In this document: piece by piece, positions 50,490-60,103 of the stretch
How positions within the stretch are numbered: position 1 is the stretch's first letter
How the letters are laid out: every line of letters starts with the position of its first letter
From: an uncultured Gammaproteobacteria bacterium
GTDB taxonomy: Bacteria > Pseudomonadota > Gammaproteobacteria > Steroidobacterales > Steroidobacteraceae
Length of the DNA: 64,000 nt
NCBI GenBank assembly: GCA_963743995.1
Contig: CAVUSC010000001.1
Coordinates: 3,355-67,354, forward strand
Reading direction: 5' to 3'
The notes under the pieces: model-generated
The model's database searches: none
Told to the model about the DNA's origin: nothing
The model's input: only the letters and a program-made list of their open reading frames with translations
Made by a program: the position numbers and the translations under genes

Positions 50490-50661
50490 TGGGAGGGATT
50501 GCGCTCGTCGTCCGGCGGACTCGAAAAAGGTCGGGAATTATCGGTCATCCGGGGTATGGGAAGCTACCGCTGCCGCAGGCCTGCTGCTAGGCTGCCTCAC
50601 ACTCCGTTGCCAGGGCCCGCGCTGCTTGTCGCAGACCGAACCGCAATCGACGCCAGTGCTG

Positions 50662-51597
50662 ATGGTGGCCAGCGACGCCCTGGGCCGTTACGGCTTCGGC
50701 GATGGGCATCAATTCGGGCCGGACCGGCAGGAAGCCTTCCTGCGCGAGATGCGTCGCAGCCCAGCTTACCTTGAGTTGCGCATCGTCGACCCGCGCATGG
50801 CCGAGCGCGACGAGCTGGAATCGTTTCACCGTAGCGACTACGTCGACCTCGTGGTCCAGAAGTCCGCCGCAGGCCGCGGTTACCTGGACATGGGCGACAC
50901 TCCGGCGACCAAGGGCATCTTCGAGGCATCGATGCTGGTCGTGGGCGGCACGTTGCTGGCGGTCGAGGAGATCATGGGTGGCCGTGCGCGGCGTGGTTTC
51001 ATTCCCATCGCCGGCCTGCATCATGCGTCGCGCGGCGGTGCGGCCGGATTCTGCGTATTCAACGACTGCGGCGTCGCCATCGAACTGCTGCGCAAGCGGC
51101 ACGGCTTGCGCCGGATCGCCTACGTGGACATCGATGCGCATCACGGCGACGGCGTCTTCTATGCGTTCGAGTCGGACCCCGATGCGCTCTTCGCCGACAT
51201 TCACGAGGATGGGCTCCACCTGTACCCGGGCACGGGCGCGGCGGACGAAACCGGCAAGGGCAGTGCCTACGGCACCAAATTGAACCTGCCGTTGCCGCCG
51301 GGGGCGGGCGACGACGACTTTCACCGTGAATGGATCAAGGTCGAGGCGTACCTGCGGCAGACGCAGCCGGAGTTCATCCTGCTGCAGTGCGGCGCCGACA
51401 GCCTCGAGGGTGATCCCATCACGCATCTCGCCTTCTCCGAGGAGGCGCACGCGCATGCAGCGGCGGCCGTCTGCCGCATCGCCGATGAAATCGGGCACGG
51501 TCGCGTCCTCGCGCTGGGTGGCGGCGGATACAACCGGCAGAATCTCGCTCGCGCCTGGACGCGAGTGGTTGAGGCCCTCGTCGCGAGCCAGGCCTAG
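50662..51597 (+). CDS. histone deacetylase family protein (AcuC/AphA-like)
   Basis: GLHHASRGGAAGFCVFND, DIDAHHGDG, LGGGGYN. Start uncertain (ATG 50662 or GTG 50656). Confidence 0.8.
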   Translation: MVASDALGRYGFGDGHQFGPDRQEAFLREMRRSPAYLELRIVDPRMAERDELESFHRSDYVDLVVQKSAAGRGYLDMGDTPATKGIFEASMLVVGGTLLAVEEIMGGRARRGFIPIAGLHHASRGGAAGFCVFNDCGVAIELLRKRHGLRRIAYVDIDAHHGDGVFYAFESDPDALFADIHEDGLHLYPGTGAADETGKGSAYGTKLNLPLPPGAGDDDFHREWIKVEAYLRQTQPEFILLQCGADSLEGDPITHLAFSEEAHAHAAAAVCRIADEIGHGRVLALGGGGYNRQNLARAWTRVVEALVASQA

Positions 51598-52700
51598 CGC
51601 CAGCCCTTGAAGAAACTGCCGTCGGCAAAGTCCCAGAGCAGGCTCAGGTGCCAGCGCGTGTCGTAGGGCTGGTCGCTGAGCGGCATCTCCGCACCGAGGC
51701 TCAGTGCCACGTGCGCGCCACGGGTGAGTCCGAAGCGCAGTTGTGGCACCACGGTCCACTGCACCGAGTCGCCACCGTCGTCTTCGAAAGGCACTGTTGC
51801 AGTGAACTCCAGCGCGGGGAAGACGCGGCGCGGCCATTGGGTCCAGCGGTAGTGCACGACGCCAGCGAACTCGGCCTCGCCGGTGTCCACGTCGTCCACA
51901 GGGAGGATCAAGCGCGCGCTCGACTGGAACATCCAGCGCTCGTCGAAGAGACGGCCGTACGCAAGGTAGGGGATGACCTCGTCGGACGCGTCGCCGTCGG
52001 TCGGAAAGGCAACCACCACGGCGCCCGACAGGATCGAACGCCGGGCAAGATCCCAGTGCAGGACCGTCTTGGCGCCGACCTCGACTTCGGTGATCTCGGA
52101 GTCCGTGCCATCGTCTTCATGGATGACCTCGACCACACCCATCGAGCGCTTGCCAAAGCGTTTCTCGATCTCGAGTACGTTGCGCCAGATGTCGGCGCCG
52201 TCGCGCTCGGTCAACCGTGATTTCCAGACTATCTCGTCCTCTGGAAAAGCCTTCTTGGTGCGGATCGGCAGGAAGAAATTCAGTTCGCCGGGTGGGTAGG
52301 ATGCGCTGCCAGGGGCCAGGGTCTTCGCGTAGGCGACGACATTGCGGACCTGCTGCTCATCGAGCGCAGCCCCTTGCGCGGGCATCGTGGCCGACAACCC
52401 CAGCGCCTGGCCGCCATGCGTGACGACGATCTGCCAGTCTTCGGCGGGTTCGCGGCTGTTGAACAACGGGTCGGACAGGTCGGCGGGTTGCGGGTCCAGC
52501 GCCTTGACGGTTGGATTTTCCGGGTCGGGGCGCCCCGTGGGGCCGTGGCAGGCGGCGCAGACGCTCTCGAACGTGCGGCGGCCGGCATCGAGGTCTGGAC
52601 CTGGTCCCGCGCTGGCCAGGGCGGGCAGCGCGAGGGCGGCCAACCCAGGCAGGACTACAGCGAGCAAGCCTGCGAACGTCGTACTTCGTCGCTTATTCAT
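51594..52700 (-). CDS. c-type cytochrome domain fused to a beta-rich C-terminal domain
   Basis: Signal peptide, CAACH haem motif with distal Met (SATMP), then about 250 aa of alternating beta-strand-like sequence ending FFKGWR. Confidence 0.65.
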   Translation of the reverse strand: MNKRRSTTFAGLLAVVLPGLAALALPALASAGPGPDLDAGRRTFESVCAACHGPTGRPDPENPTVKALDPQPADLSDPLFNSREPAEDWQIVVTHGGQALGLSATMPAQGAALDEQQVRNVVAYAKTLAPGSASYPPGELNFFLPIRTKKAFPEDEIVWKSRLTERDGADIWRNVLEIEKRFGKRSMGVVEVIHEDDGTDSEITEVEVGAKTVLHWDLARRSILSGAVVVAFPTDGDASDEVIPYLAYGRLFDERWMFQSSARLILPVDDVDTGEAEFAGVVHYRWTQWPRRVFPALEFTATVPFEDDGGDSVQWTVVPQLRFGLTRGAHVALSLGAEMPLSDQPYDTRWHLSLLWDFADGSFFKGWR

Positions 52701-52828
52701 TGCAGCGGTCCCTTTGATGCACGCGCCGACGGGAAACTTCGATTGCACCGTAGCGCCGTCAATGCTTACGCGCGCTCGGTAGTTTCCGTGATCAGCTACA
52801 ATTGCGCGTCCCCGACCGTGGAGAGCAC

Positions 52829-54085
52829 ATGTTTCCCGCCAGCATGACTATTGCCGGGTTCGACCCCGAACTCGCGGCATCGATCGATCACGAGCGCGTC
52901 CGCCAGGAAGACCACATCGAGCTGATCGCCTCCGAGAACTACGCCAGTCCGCGCGTGCTCGAGGCGCAGGGTTCCGTGCTCACCAACAAGTACGCCGAAG
53001 GCTATCCCGGCAAGCGCTATTACGGCGGGTGTGAGTACGTCGACATCGCCGAGCAGCTGGCGATCGACCGCGCCAGGAAGCTGTTCGGTGCCGCATACGC
53101 CAACGTCCAGCCACACTCCGGTTCGCAGGCCAACGCCGCCGCGTACCTGGCGCTGATCAAGCCGGGCGACACGCTGCTCGGCATGAGCCTCGACCACGGC
53201 GGCCACCTCACGCACGGCGCCAAGGTCAACTTTTCCGGCAAGATCTTCAATGCCGTGCAGTACGGGCTCGATCCGGCCACAGGCGCGATCGATTACGCGC
53301 AGGTCGAGCGCCTCGCGCACGAACACAAGCCGAAGATGATCATCGCGGGCTTCTCCGCGTATTCGCGCATCCTCGATTTCCCGCGCTTCCGCGCGATTGC
53401 CGATGCCGTGGGCGCGTATTTTCTCTGCGACATGGCGCATGTAGCCGGCCTGGTCGCGGCGGGTGTGTATCCCAACCCGGTACCCTTTGCCGACGTCGTC
53501 ACGACGACGACGCACAAGACGCTGCGCGGTCCGCGCGGCGGCCTGATCCTGGCGCGCGAGAACGACGAGATCACCAAGAAGCTCAACTCGATGATCTTCC
53601 CCGGCACGCAGGGCGGTCCGCTGATGCACGTCATCGCGGCCAAGGCGGTGGCGTTCCTGGAGGCGATGCAGCCCGAGTTCGTGGACTACCAGAAGCAGGT
53701 CGTCGCCAATGCGCGCGAGATGTGCAAGATCTTCGAGCAGCGTGGCATCAAGATCGTTTCCGGCGGCACGGACAACCACCTGTTCCTGGTCGACCTGTCC
53801 GACAAGGACGTGACGGGCAAGGAAGCGGACGCCGCGCTCAGCCGGGCGCACATCACCGTGAACAAGAACTCGGTGCCGAACGACCCGCGCCCGCCGATGG
53901 TCTCGAGCGGTATCCGCATCGGTACGCCTGCGGTCACCACTCGCGGCTTCAAGGAAGCCGAGGTCGCGCAGCTCGCCCACTGGATCTCCGACGTGCTCAC
54001 CCACCCGAACGACGAAGCCGTGATCGCGAAGACCCGCACGGCGGTCGAAGCGATTTGCCGCCGCTTCCCGGTGTACGGCAGCTAG
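52829..54085 (+). CDS. glyA: serine hydroxymethyltransferase
   Basis: [22 protein letters not shown] (PLP lysine). GGAGAG SD before ATG 52829. Confidence 0.95.
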   Translation: MFPASMTIAGFDPELAASIDHERVRQEDHIELIASENYASPRVLEAQGSVLTNKYAEGYPGKRYYGGCEYVDIAEQLAIDRARKLFGAAYANVQPHSGSQANAAAYLALIKPGDTLLGMSLDHGGHLTHGAKVNFSGKIFNAVQYGLDPATGAIDYAQVERLAHEHKPKMIIAGFSAYSRILDFPRFRAIADAVGAYFLCDMAHVAGLVAAGVYPNPVPFADVVTTTTHKTLRGPRGGLILARENDEITKKLNSMIFPGTQGGPLMHVIAAKAVAFLEAMQPEFVDYQKQVVANAREMCKIFEQRGIKIVSGGTDNHLFLVDLSDKDVTGKEADAALSRAHITVNKNSVPNDPRPPMVSSGIRIGTPAVTTRGFKEAEVAQLAHWISDVLTHPNDEAVIAKTRTAVEAICRRFPVYGS

Positions 54086-54122
54086 CGCGGCCTGAACAGG
54101 CAGCAGGGCAGGAGACCGTCCG

Positions 54123-54683
54123 GTGTACTGTCCGTTCTGCACCTTCGAGGAAACGAAAGTCATCGACTCGCGCCTGTCCGGCGAGGGCCAGCAGGTGCGT
54201 CGTCGCCGGGAATGCCTGCGCTGCGGCGAGCGCTTCACTACCTTCGAATCGGCCGAACTCGTCATGCCCCGTGTCGTGAAGAGCGACGCGACGCGCGAGC
54301 CCTTCGACGAAACGAAGCTGCGCTCGGGCATGGTGAAGGCGCTCGAAAAGCGGCCCGTGCCAATCGAAGCAGTGGACGCAGCCGTGAATCATGTCTGCCA
54401 CAAGTTGCGCACGCTCGGCGAGCGCGAAGTCCCGGCGCGGCTGATCGGTGAACTCGTCATGGACGAGTTGCACCAGCTCGACGAGGTGGCCTATGTCCGC
54501 TTCGCCTCCGTCTACCGCAGCTTCCAGGACGTCGACGCATTCCGCGAAGAGATCGACAAGTTGCGGCACCGGCGGCCGCGCTCCGCCGAAGAACTGCAGC
54601 TCGGGCTGTGGACCGGCGCCGACGCGCCGTTGTCCGTCGCACCTGTGCCGGGCAATGGCAACAACGCGCCTGGCAAGAAGTAG
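54123..54683 (+). CDS. nrdR: transcriptional repressor NrdR
   Basis: CPFC..CLRCG zinc ribbon followed by an ATP-cone. Confidence 0.93.
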   Translation: MYCPFCTFEETKVIDSRLSGEGQQVRRRRECLRCGERFTTFESAELVMPRVVKSDATREPFDETKLRSGMVKALEKRPVPIEAVDAAVNHVCHKLRTLGEREVPARLIGELVMDELHQLDEVAYVRFASVYRSFQDVDAFREEIDKLRHRRPRSAEELQLGLWTGADAPLSVAPVPGNGNNAPGKK

Positions 54684-54694
54684 ACTGCACGGCC

Positions 54695-55831
54695 ATGACC
54701 GCCGGCGCTGCTGCAATCGACCACGTCCACATGGCGCGAGCGCTGCAACTTGCCGCGCGAGGCACGTATTCGACGGCACCCAACCCAGCGGTTGGCTGCG
54801 TCGTGCTCGATGCGAGCGGCGCCGTGGCGGGCGAGGGCTGGCACCATCGCGCGGGACAGCCGCACGCCGAGGTGTATGCGCTGCACGCCGCGTCTGTCCG
54901 CGCACGCGGCGGCACGGCATACGTCACGCTCGAGCCGTGCTCGCACCACGGACGCACGCCACCGTGCGCCGACGCATTGATCGAGGCGGGAGTGCGCCGG
55001 GTCGTGGCGGCGATGCAGGATCCGAACCCGCGCGTCGCCGGGGATGGCCTGCGCAGCCTCGAAGCCGCTGGCATCGTGACGGCGGTCGGCGTACTCGAGC
55101 ACGCGGCGCGCGAGCTCAATCGTGGCTTCGTCTCGCGCATGACGCGCGGACGGCCCTGGGTGACGGTCAAGCTCGGCAGCAGCGTGGACGGGCGCACCGC
55201 GTTGGCTGATGGATCGAGTCAGTGGATCACGTCGGAATCCGCACGGGCCGACGTACAGCGGCTGCGGGCCCGCGCCTCGGCCATTGTCACTGGGATCGGC
55301 ACCGCCCTCGCGGACGATCCCGCACTGACCGTGCGTGATGGGACCCTCGACCTGGGTGGTCGCGCTCCATTGCGCGTCGTGCTCGATTCCCGCGGGCGAC
55401 TCGAACCCGACCTCAAGCTTGCACGCGACGGCTTGCCGACGCTGGTCTTTACGTCCGCTGCGGGTGCGCGTGCGTTGGCACGGCTCGCGGATTCCGAGCC
55501 AGCGGGCCTGCAGGTCGAGGCCGTGGCTGTGGATGACTCGGGATTCATCGACCTCGACGCGACGTTGCGACGCCTGGCGGCCCTCGAATGCAACGAAGTG
55601 CTGGTGGAAGCCGGGCCTCGTCTCGCGGGCAGTTTCCTCGCGGCCGGACTCGTGGATGAACTCGTGTTGTACGTCGCGCCGACGATCCTCGGCGAAACGG
55701 CGCAACCCGCGTTTATCCTCCCGCATGCGCTGCGTGTGCTGGCAGAGCGGCCACAGTATTCCTATCACGACGTGCGAAGGGTCGGAGCGGATCTGCGCCT
55801 GGCCCTGCGTCCCGTGGAGACCCGAGCCTGA
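54695..55831 (+). CDS. ribD: bifunctional riboflavin biosynthesis protein RibD (deaminase/reductase)
   Basis: HAEVYAL, EPCSHHGRTPPC, then the reductase domain. Confidence 0.92.
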   Translation: MTAGAAAIDHVHMARALQLAARGTYSTAPNPAVGCVVLDASGAVAGEGWHHRAGQPHAEVYALHAASVRARGGTAYVTLEPCSHHGRTPPCADALIEAGVRRVVAAMQDPNPRVAGDGLRSLEAAGIVTAVGVLEHAARELNRGFVSRMTRGRPWVTVKLGSSVDGRTALADGSSQWITSESARADVQRLRARASAIVTGIGTALADDPALTVRDGTLDLGGRAPLRVVLDSRGRLEPDLKLARDGLPTLVFTSAAGARALARLADSEPAGLQVEAVAVDDSGFIDLDATLRRLAALECNEVLVEAGPRLAGSFLAAGLVDELVLYVAPTILGETAQPAFILPHALRVLAERPQYSYHDVRRVGADLRLALRPVETRA

Positions 55832-56430
55832 TGTTCACCGGAATCGTGCAGGGCGTTGGAACGGTGCGTGCGATCGAGCCTCACGAAGGCGATGTCACCG
55901 TCGTGTTCGACACTGCCGGCGTCTCGCTCGCCGACATCGAACTCGGCGGCAGCATTGCCGTGAGTGGTGTCTGCCTCACGGCCACCCGCTTCGATGCGTC
56001 GAGTTTCGCGGCGGACGTTTCGCGTGAAACGCTGTCGCTCACCACGCTTGGCAACCGGGTCGTCGGCAGCAGGGTGAACCTGGAGAAAGCGCTGCGTGCC
56101 GGGCAGGCACTGGGCGGGCATTACGTTTCCGGGCACGTGGATGGCGTGGGGGAACTGGTTTCGCGTCAGGATGACGCACGTTCGGTGCGCATGGAATTCC
56201 GGGTGCCGCCCGAACTCGCTCGGTACGTCGCCCGCAAGGGGTCGATCTGCATCGACGGAGTCAGCCTCACCGTGAACGGCGCCGAGGGCAATCGCTTCGA
56301 CGTGAACCTGGTGCCACACACCGTGCAAGTCACCACGCTGGGAGCCTTGCAGCCCGGCCACCGGGTCAACCTCGAAGTCGACATCATCGCGCGTTATGTC
56401 GAGCGGATGATGCGTCCCGACCTGGACTGA
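55831..56430 (+). CDS. ribE: riboflavin synthase
   Basis: MFTGIVQGVG, duplicated lumazine-binding repeat. Confidence 0.92.
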   Translation: MFTGIVQGVGTVRAIEPHEGDVTVVFDTAGVSLADIELGGSIAVSGVCLTATRFDASSFAADVSRETLSLTTLGNRVVGSRVNLEKALRAGQALGGHYVSGHVDGVGELVSRQDDARSVRMEFRVPPELARYVARKGSICIDGVSLTVNGAEGNRFDVNLVPHTVQVTTLGALQPGHRVNLEVDIIARYVERMMRPDLD

Positions 56431-56555
56431 GCCTTGTGCCGGCGGTTCCGCCGTCGGCCCCCGCCCCTGTTAAACTGCGCGCCGCGAAGGCGGATCGGGC
56501 ACCATCGCGGCCTGATTAAACACGCTATAATTCAATGACCTAGGTGCTCTTTGTC

Positions 56556-57659
56556 ATGCATGCCCTAAATACCATAGAGGAAATCCTCGACGACATCCGC
56601 CAGGGCCGGATGGTCGTGATCATGGACGACGAGGATCGCGAGAACGAAGGCGACCTGGTGATGGCCGCGACAAAGGTGCGTCCCGAGGACGTCAACTTCA
56701 TGGCCCGGTACGGTCGTGGCTTGATTTGCCTCACGCTGACCCGCGACCGCTGCCGCCAGCTGCGGCTGCCGCTGATGGTCAGCGATACCGACGGCGACCA
56801 GCGCACGAACTTCACGCTGTCCATCGAAGCCGCCGAGGGCGTCACGACCGGCATCTCGGCGTACGACCGGGCGCACACGATTCGCACCGCGGTCGCTGCA
56901 GCCGCGCGCGCCGAAGACCTGCGCCAGCCGGGCCACATCTTTCCGCTCATGGCGCAGCCCGGCGGCGTGCTGACGCGCGCCGGTCACACGGAAGCAGGTT
57001 GTGACCTGGCGCGGCTGGCGGGCGTCGAGCCCGCAGCCGTGATCGTAGAGATCCTGAACGACGACGGCACGATGGCGCGCCGCCCCGACCTGGAAAATTT
57101 CGTGCACGAGCACAAGATCAAGATCGGCACGATCGCTGACCTGATCCGCTACCGGCTCGAGAAGGAGCGTTCGGTCGAACGCATCGCTGAGCGGCAGATC
57201 ACGACCGAGTTCGGTCCTTTCCGCCTGGTCTGCTACGAAGACCACGTCAACGGCACGGTGCACCTCGCGCTCGTCCTCGGCGACCCGGCGTCGGAGCAGG
57301 CACCGTTGGTGCGTGTGCACCTGAAAGACACCGTGCGCGATCTCGTCGGCTCCATCGAGGAAGGCCACAGCTGGTCGCTGCGAGGCGCCATCGAACGCGT
57401 GGCGCGCGAGGGTTCGGGCGTCGTGGTGCTGCTGCGTCCGCACGAAAGCCCGCTCGAGATTGCTGAAGCCGTGCGCTCGAGCAACCCGGCCGGGGCGACG
57501 GCGAGCCCGGCGCGCGGCGCGCAAGTGCTGCGCACCTACGGCATCGGGGCGCAGATCCTGCGTGATCTCGGCGTGCGCACGATGCGCGTGCTGAGCGCGC
57601 CGAAACAGATGCATGGCCTGTCGGCGTTCGGCCTCGAAGTCGCCGAATACGTGGATTGA
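56556..57659 (+). CDS. ribB: 3,4-dihydroxy-2-butanone-4-phosphate synthase with a GTP cyclohydrolase II-like C-terminal domain lacking the zinc cysteines
   Basis: DDEDRENEGDL, RAGHTEA. The C-terminal half has VRVHLKDTVRDLVG where active RibA has HSECLTGD..CDCG. Confidence 0.88.
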   Translation: MHALNTIEEILDDIRQGRMVVIMDDEDRENEGDLVMAATKVRPEDVNFMARYGRGLICLTLTRDRCRQLRLPLMVSDTDGDQRTNFTLSIEAAEGVTTGISAYDRAHTIRTAVAAAARAEDLRQPGHIFPLMAQPGGVLTRAGHTEAGCDLARLAGVEPAAVIVEILNDDGTMARRPDLENFVHEHKIKIGTIADLIRYRLEKERSVERIAERQITTEFGPFRLVCYEDHVNGTVHLALVLGDPASEQAPLVRVHLKDTVRDLVGSIEEGHSWSLRGAIERVAREGSGVVVLLRPHESPLEIAEAVRSSNPAGATASPARGAQVLRTYGIGAQILRDLGVRTMRVLSAPKQMHGLSAFGLEVAEYVD

Positions 57660-57673
57660 GGAGCAGATTCGAG

Positions 57674-58156
57674 ATGGACAACATCCGCACCCTGAACGGC
57701 GACGTCATCGCGCGCGACCTGCGCGTCACCATCATCGCCTCGCGCTTCAACGATGCGATCGTCGAGAACCTCCTGCGTGGTGCGGTCGATGCACTGCTGC
57801 GCCACGGCGCCAGCGAGAAGCAGATCGAGATCATCCGCGTGCCCGGCGCGTATGACCTGCCATTCGTCGCGCGTCGTGTCGCCGCGTCGAAGCGCTGCGA
57901 CGCCATCGTCGCCCTCGGCGCCGTGATTCGCGGCGCCACGCCGCACTTCGATTACGTCTGCAGCCAGTGCGCTTCGGGCCTGGCGCGTGCCGCGGACGAC
58001 ACCGGCGTGCCGATCGCATTCGGCGTACTGACCACCGACACCATCGAGCAGGCGGTGGAACGCGCCGGCACGAAGGCGGGCAACAAGGGTGCGGACGCGG
58101 CGCTCGTGGCGCTGGAACTTGCCAACCTGATGCGCCGGCTGGATGTCCGAGGATGA
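57674..58156 (+). CDS. ribH: 6,7-dimethyl-8-ribityllumazine synthase
   Basis: IIASRFNDAIVENLL, VPGAYDLP, GAVIRGATPHFDYV. GAGGAG SD. Confidence 0.92.
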   Translation: MDNIRTLNGDVIARDLRVTIIASRFNDAIVENLLRGAVDALLRHGASEKQIEIIRVPGAYDLPFVARRVAASKRCDAIVALGAVIRGATPHFDYVCSQCASGLARAADDTGVPIAFGVLTTDTIEQAVERAGTKAGNKGADAALVALELANLMRRLDVRG

Positions 58157-58623
58157 CGCGACCCCGTGGCGACCGGTCCGGGCGAGCGCGCAGCTTGTCG
58201 CGCCGCCTCGCGCTGCAGGCGCTGTACCAATGGCAGATGACCGGCCAGTCGTTCCCGGAACTGCGCAACCAGTACACCTCGGACGAAGGCTACCCGGAAG
58301 TCGACCCGGAGTACTTCCAGCAACTGCTGCAGGGCGTGGTCGAAGGCGCCGAGGCACTCGACGCGATGATCGGCGCCTGGCTCGATCGGCCGGTGACGCA
58401 GCTCGATCCGGTCGAGCACGCAGTGCTGCTGATCGGTGTCGAGGAACTCCGCGTGCACGTCGAAGTGCCCTACAAGGTGGTGCTGAACGAATGCGTCGAA
58501 CTCGCCAAGAAGTTCGGCGCCACCGACGGCCACAAGTTCATCAACGCCGTGCTCGATCGTGCGGCGCGCGAGTTGCGCGCAGCCGAGCAGCAGGCCACGG
58601 CGCGACGCCCGCCCCGCAAGTAA
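58153..58623 (+). CDS. nusB: transcription antitermination factor NusB
   Basis: RRLALQALYQWQMTG.., FINAVLD. ATG overlaps the ribH stop. Confidence 0.9.
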   Translation: MTRPRGDRSGRARSLSRRLALQALYQWQMTGQSFPELRNQYTSDEGYPEVDPEYFQQLLQGVVEGAEALDAMIGAWLDRPVTQLDPVEHAVLLIGVEELRVHVEVPYKVVLNECVELAKKFGATDGHKFINAVLDRAARELRAAEQQATARRPPRK

Positions 58624-58650
58624 TCGCCCCGCCCGAACGCCGGAGCACCC

Positions 58651-59610
58651 GTGTCCCTCGGTGAGTTCGACGTCATCGCCCGTTACTTCTCGCGCGCTGC
58701 GAAGCGCGGCGATGTCCTGCTCGGCGTCGGTGATGACGCGGCGTTGCTGACACCGCCCCCGGGCGTGGCCCTGGTCGCTGCCACGGATACGCTGGTCGAA
58801 GGCCGTCATTTCCTGCCGGACACGCCCGCCGCCGCTTTGGGTCACCAGGCGTTGGCCGTGAACCTGAGCGACCTTGCGGCCATGGGAGCCGAACCGGCTT
58901 GGGCGCTGCTTTCCTTGTCGCTGCCGCGCGCCGACGAGCGGTGGCTCGGCGAATTTGCTGCGGGCCTGTATGCGCTGGCTGAGCGCCACGGCGTCGCGCT
59001 CGTCGGTGGCGACACGGTCGCCGGTCCACTGGTGATCACGGTGGAAGTGCTGGGCTTTGTGCCGCCCGCGGAGGCGCTGCGCCGCTCGGGCGCACGGGCG
59101 GGTGATCTCGTCATCGTGTCCGGCGAGCCGGGAGTGTCAGCGGCCGGTCTCGAGGAATTGCAATCGGGGCGTGCAACGTTCGAGTCTAAGGACGCGCGCG
59201 TGCGCCGCTTCCTCCGTGCCGAGCCGCGACTGGCCCTGGGGCGCGCGCTGCGTGGATTCGCAACCGCTGCAATGGACGTCTCCGATGGGTTGCTCGGCGA
59301 CCTCGGCAAGCTCGCGCGAGCGAGCGGCGTGCGGGCATGCATCGACCTGGAGCGCCTGCCGGTGGCGCCTGAACTTGCGGCGTACTCCCTGGCCGAACAG
59401 GAGCGCCTGGTGCTGCACGGCGGCGACGATTACGAACTGCTGTTCACGTTGCCCTCGGACCATTTCGGCCACATCGCTCACCTCGCCGAGACGGGAGCGT
59501 GCAGCCTGCGGTGCATCGGCGCGATGGCGCCGGGCGAGGGTGTCGAATGCCGTCGTGACGGCGTGCGTGTGAATGTCGCGGGGAAAGGGTATGACCATTT
59601 CGCCTCCTGA
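58651..59610 (+). CDS. thiL: thiamine-monophosphate kinase
   Basis: GEFDVIARYF, GVGDDAALL, LVGGDT. GTG start. Confidence 0.9.
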   Translation: MSLGEFDVIARYFSRAAKRGDVLLGVGDDAALLTPPPGVALVAATDTLVEGRHFLPDTPAAALGHQALAVNLSDLAAMGAEPAWALLSLSLPRADERWLGEFAAGLYALAERHGVALVGGDTVAGPLVITVEVLGFVPPAEALRRSGARAGDLVIVSGEPGVSAAGLEELQSGRATFESKDARVRRFLRAEPRLALGRALRGFATAAMDVSDGLLGDLGKLARASGVRACIDLERLPVAPELAAYSLAEQERLVLHGGDDYELLFTLPSDHFGHIAHLAETGACSLRCIGAMAPGEGVECRRDGVRVNVAGKGYDHFAS

Positions 59611-60103
59611 GACTCCGCACAAGCACGACCGGATCCCTGTTCCAGCAGCGCTGCTGCGCGATCCCGTTCACCTGCTCGCGCTGGGATTCGGCTCGGGACT
59701 CGCGCCCATCGCGCCGGGCACGTTCGGTTCGATCGTCGGCCTGCTGTTCGGGCTCGCGCTCGCGCCGTTCGGGCTCCCGATCGCCCTGGCCGTAACGGTG
59801 GTCCTGACCCTCGCCGGAATCTGGATTTGCGGCGAGAGCGCACGCAAGCTCGGTGTGCACGACCATCCCGCCATCGTGTGGGACGAAGTGGCTGGAATGA
59901 TGCTCACTTTGCTGGCCGCGCCGGCCACCTGGTGGGGAAGCTTGCTCGCTTTCGGGTTGTTCCGCCTGTTCGACATCTGGAAGCCCTGGCCGATCCGGGA
60001 GATCGATCACGGAATGCGGGGTGGACTGGGAATTATGCTCGACGACGTTATGGCAGCCCTGATGGCCGCCATCCTGTTGCTGATCATCAAGAAGTACACG
60101 TGA
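59591..60103 (+). CDS. pgpA: phosphatidylglycerophosphatase A
   Basis: LGFGSGLAPIAPGTFGS, HDHPAIVWDEVAG, FDIWKPWPI. Confidence 0.88.
   Translation: MTISPPETPHKHDRIPVPAALLRDPVHLLALGFGSGLAPIAPGTFGSIVGLLFGLALAPFGLPIALAVTVVLTLAGIWICGESARKLGVHDHPAIVWDEVAGMMLTLLAAPATWWGSLLAFGLFRLFDIWKPWPIREIDHGMRGGLGIMLDDVMAALMAAILLLIIKKYT

Noticed and set aside
56431-56555. FMN riboswitch upstream of ribBA.
   Set aside because: The 125-nt spacer lacks the conserved FMN-element core. Only a TATAAT-like hexamer (56526-56531) is visible.
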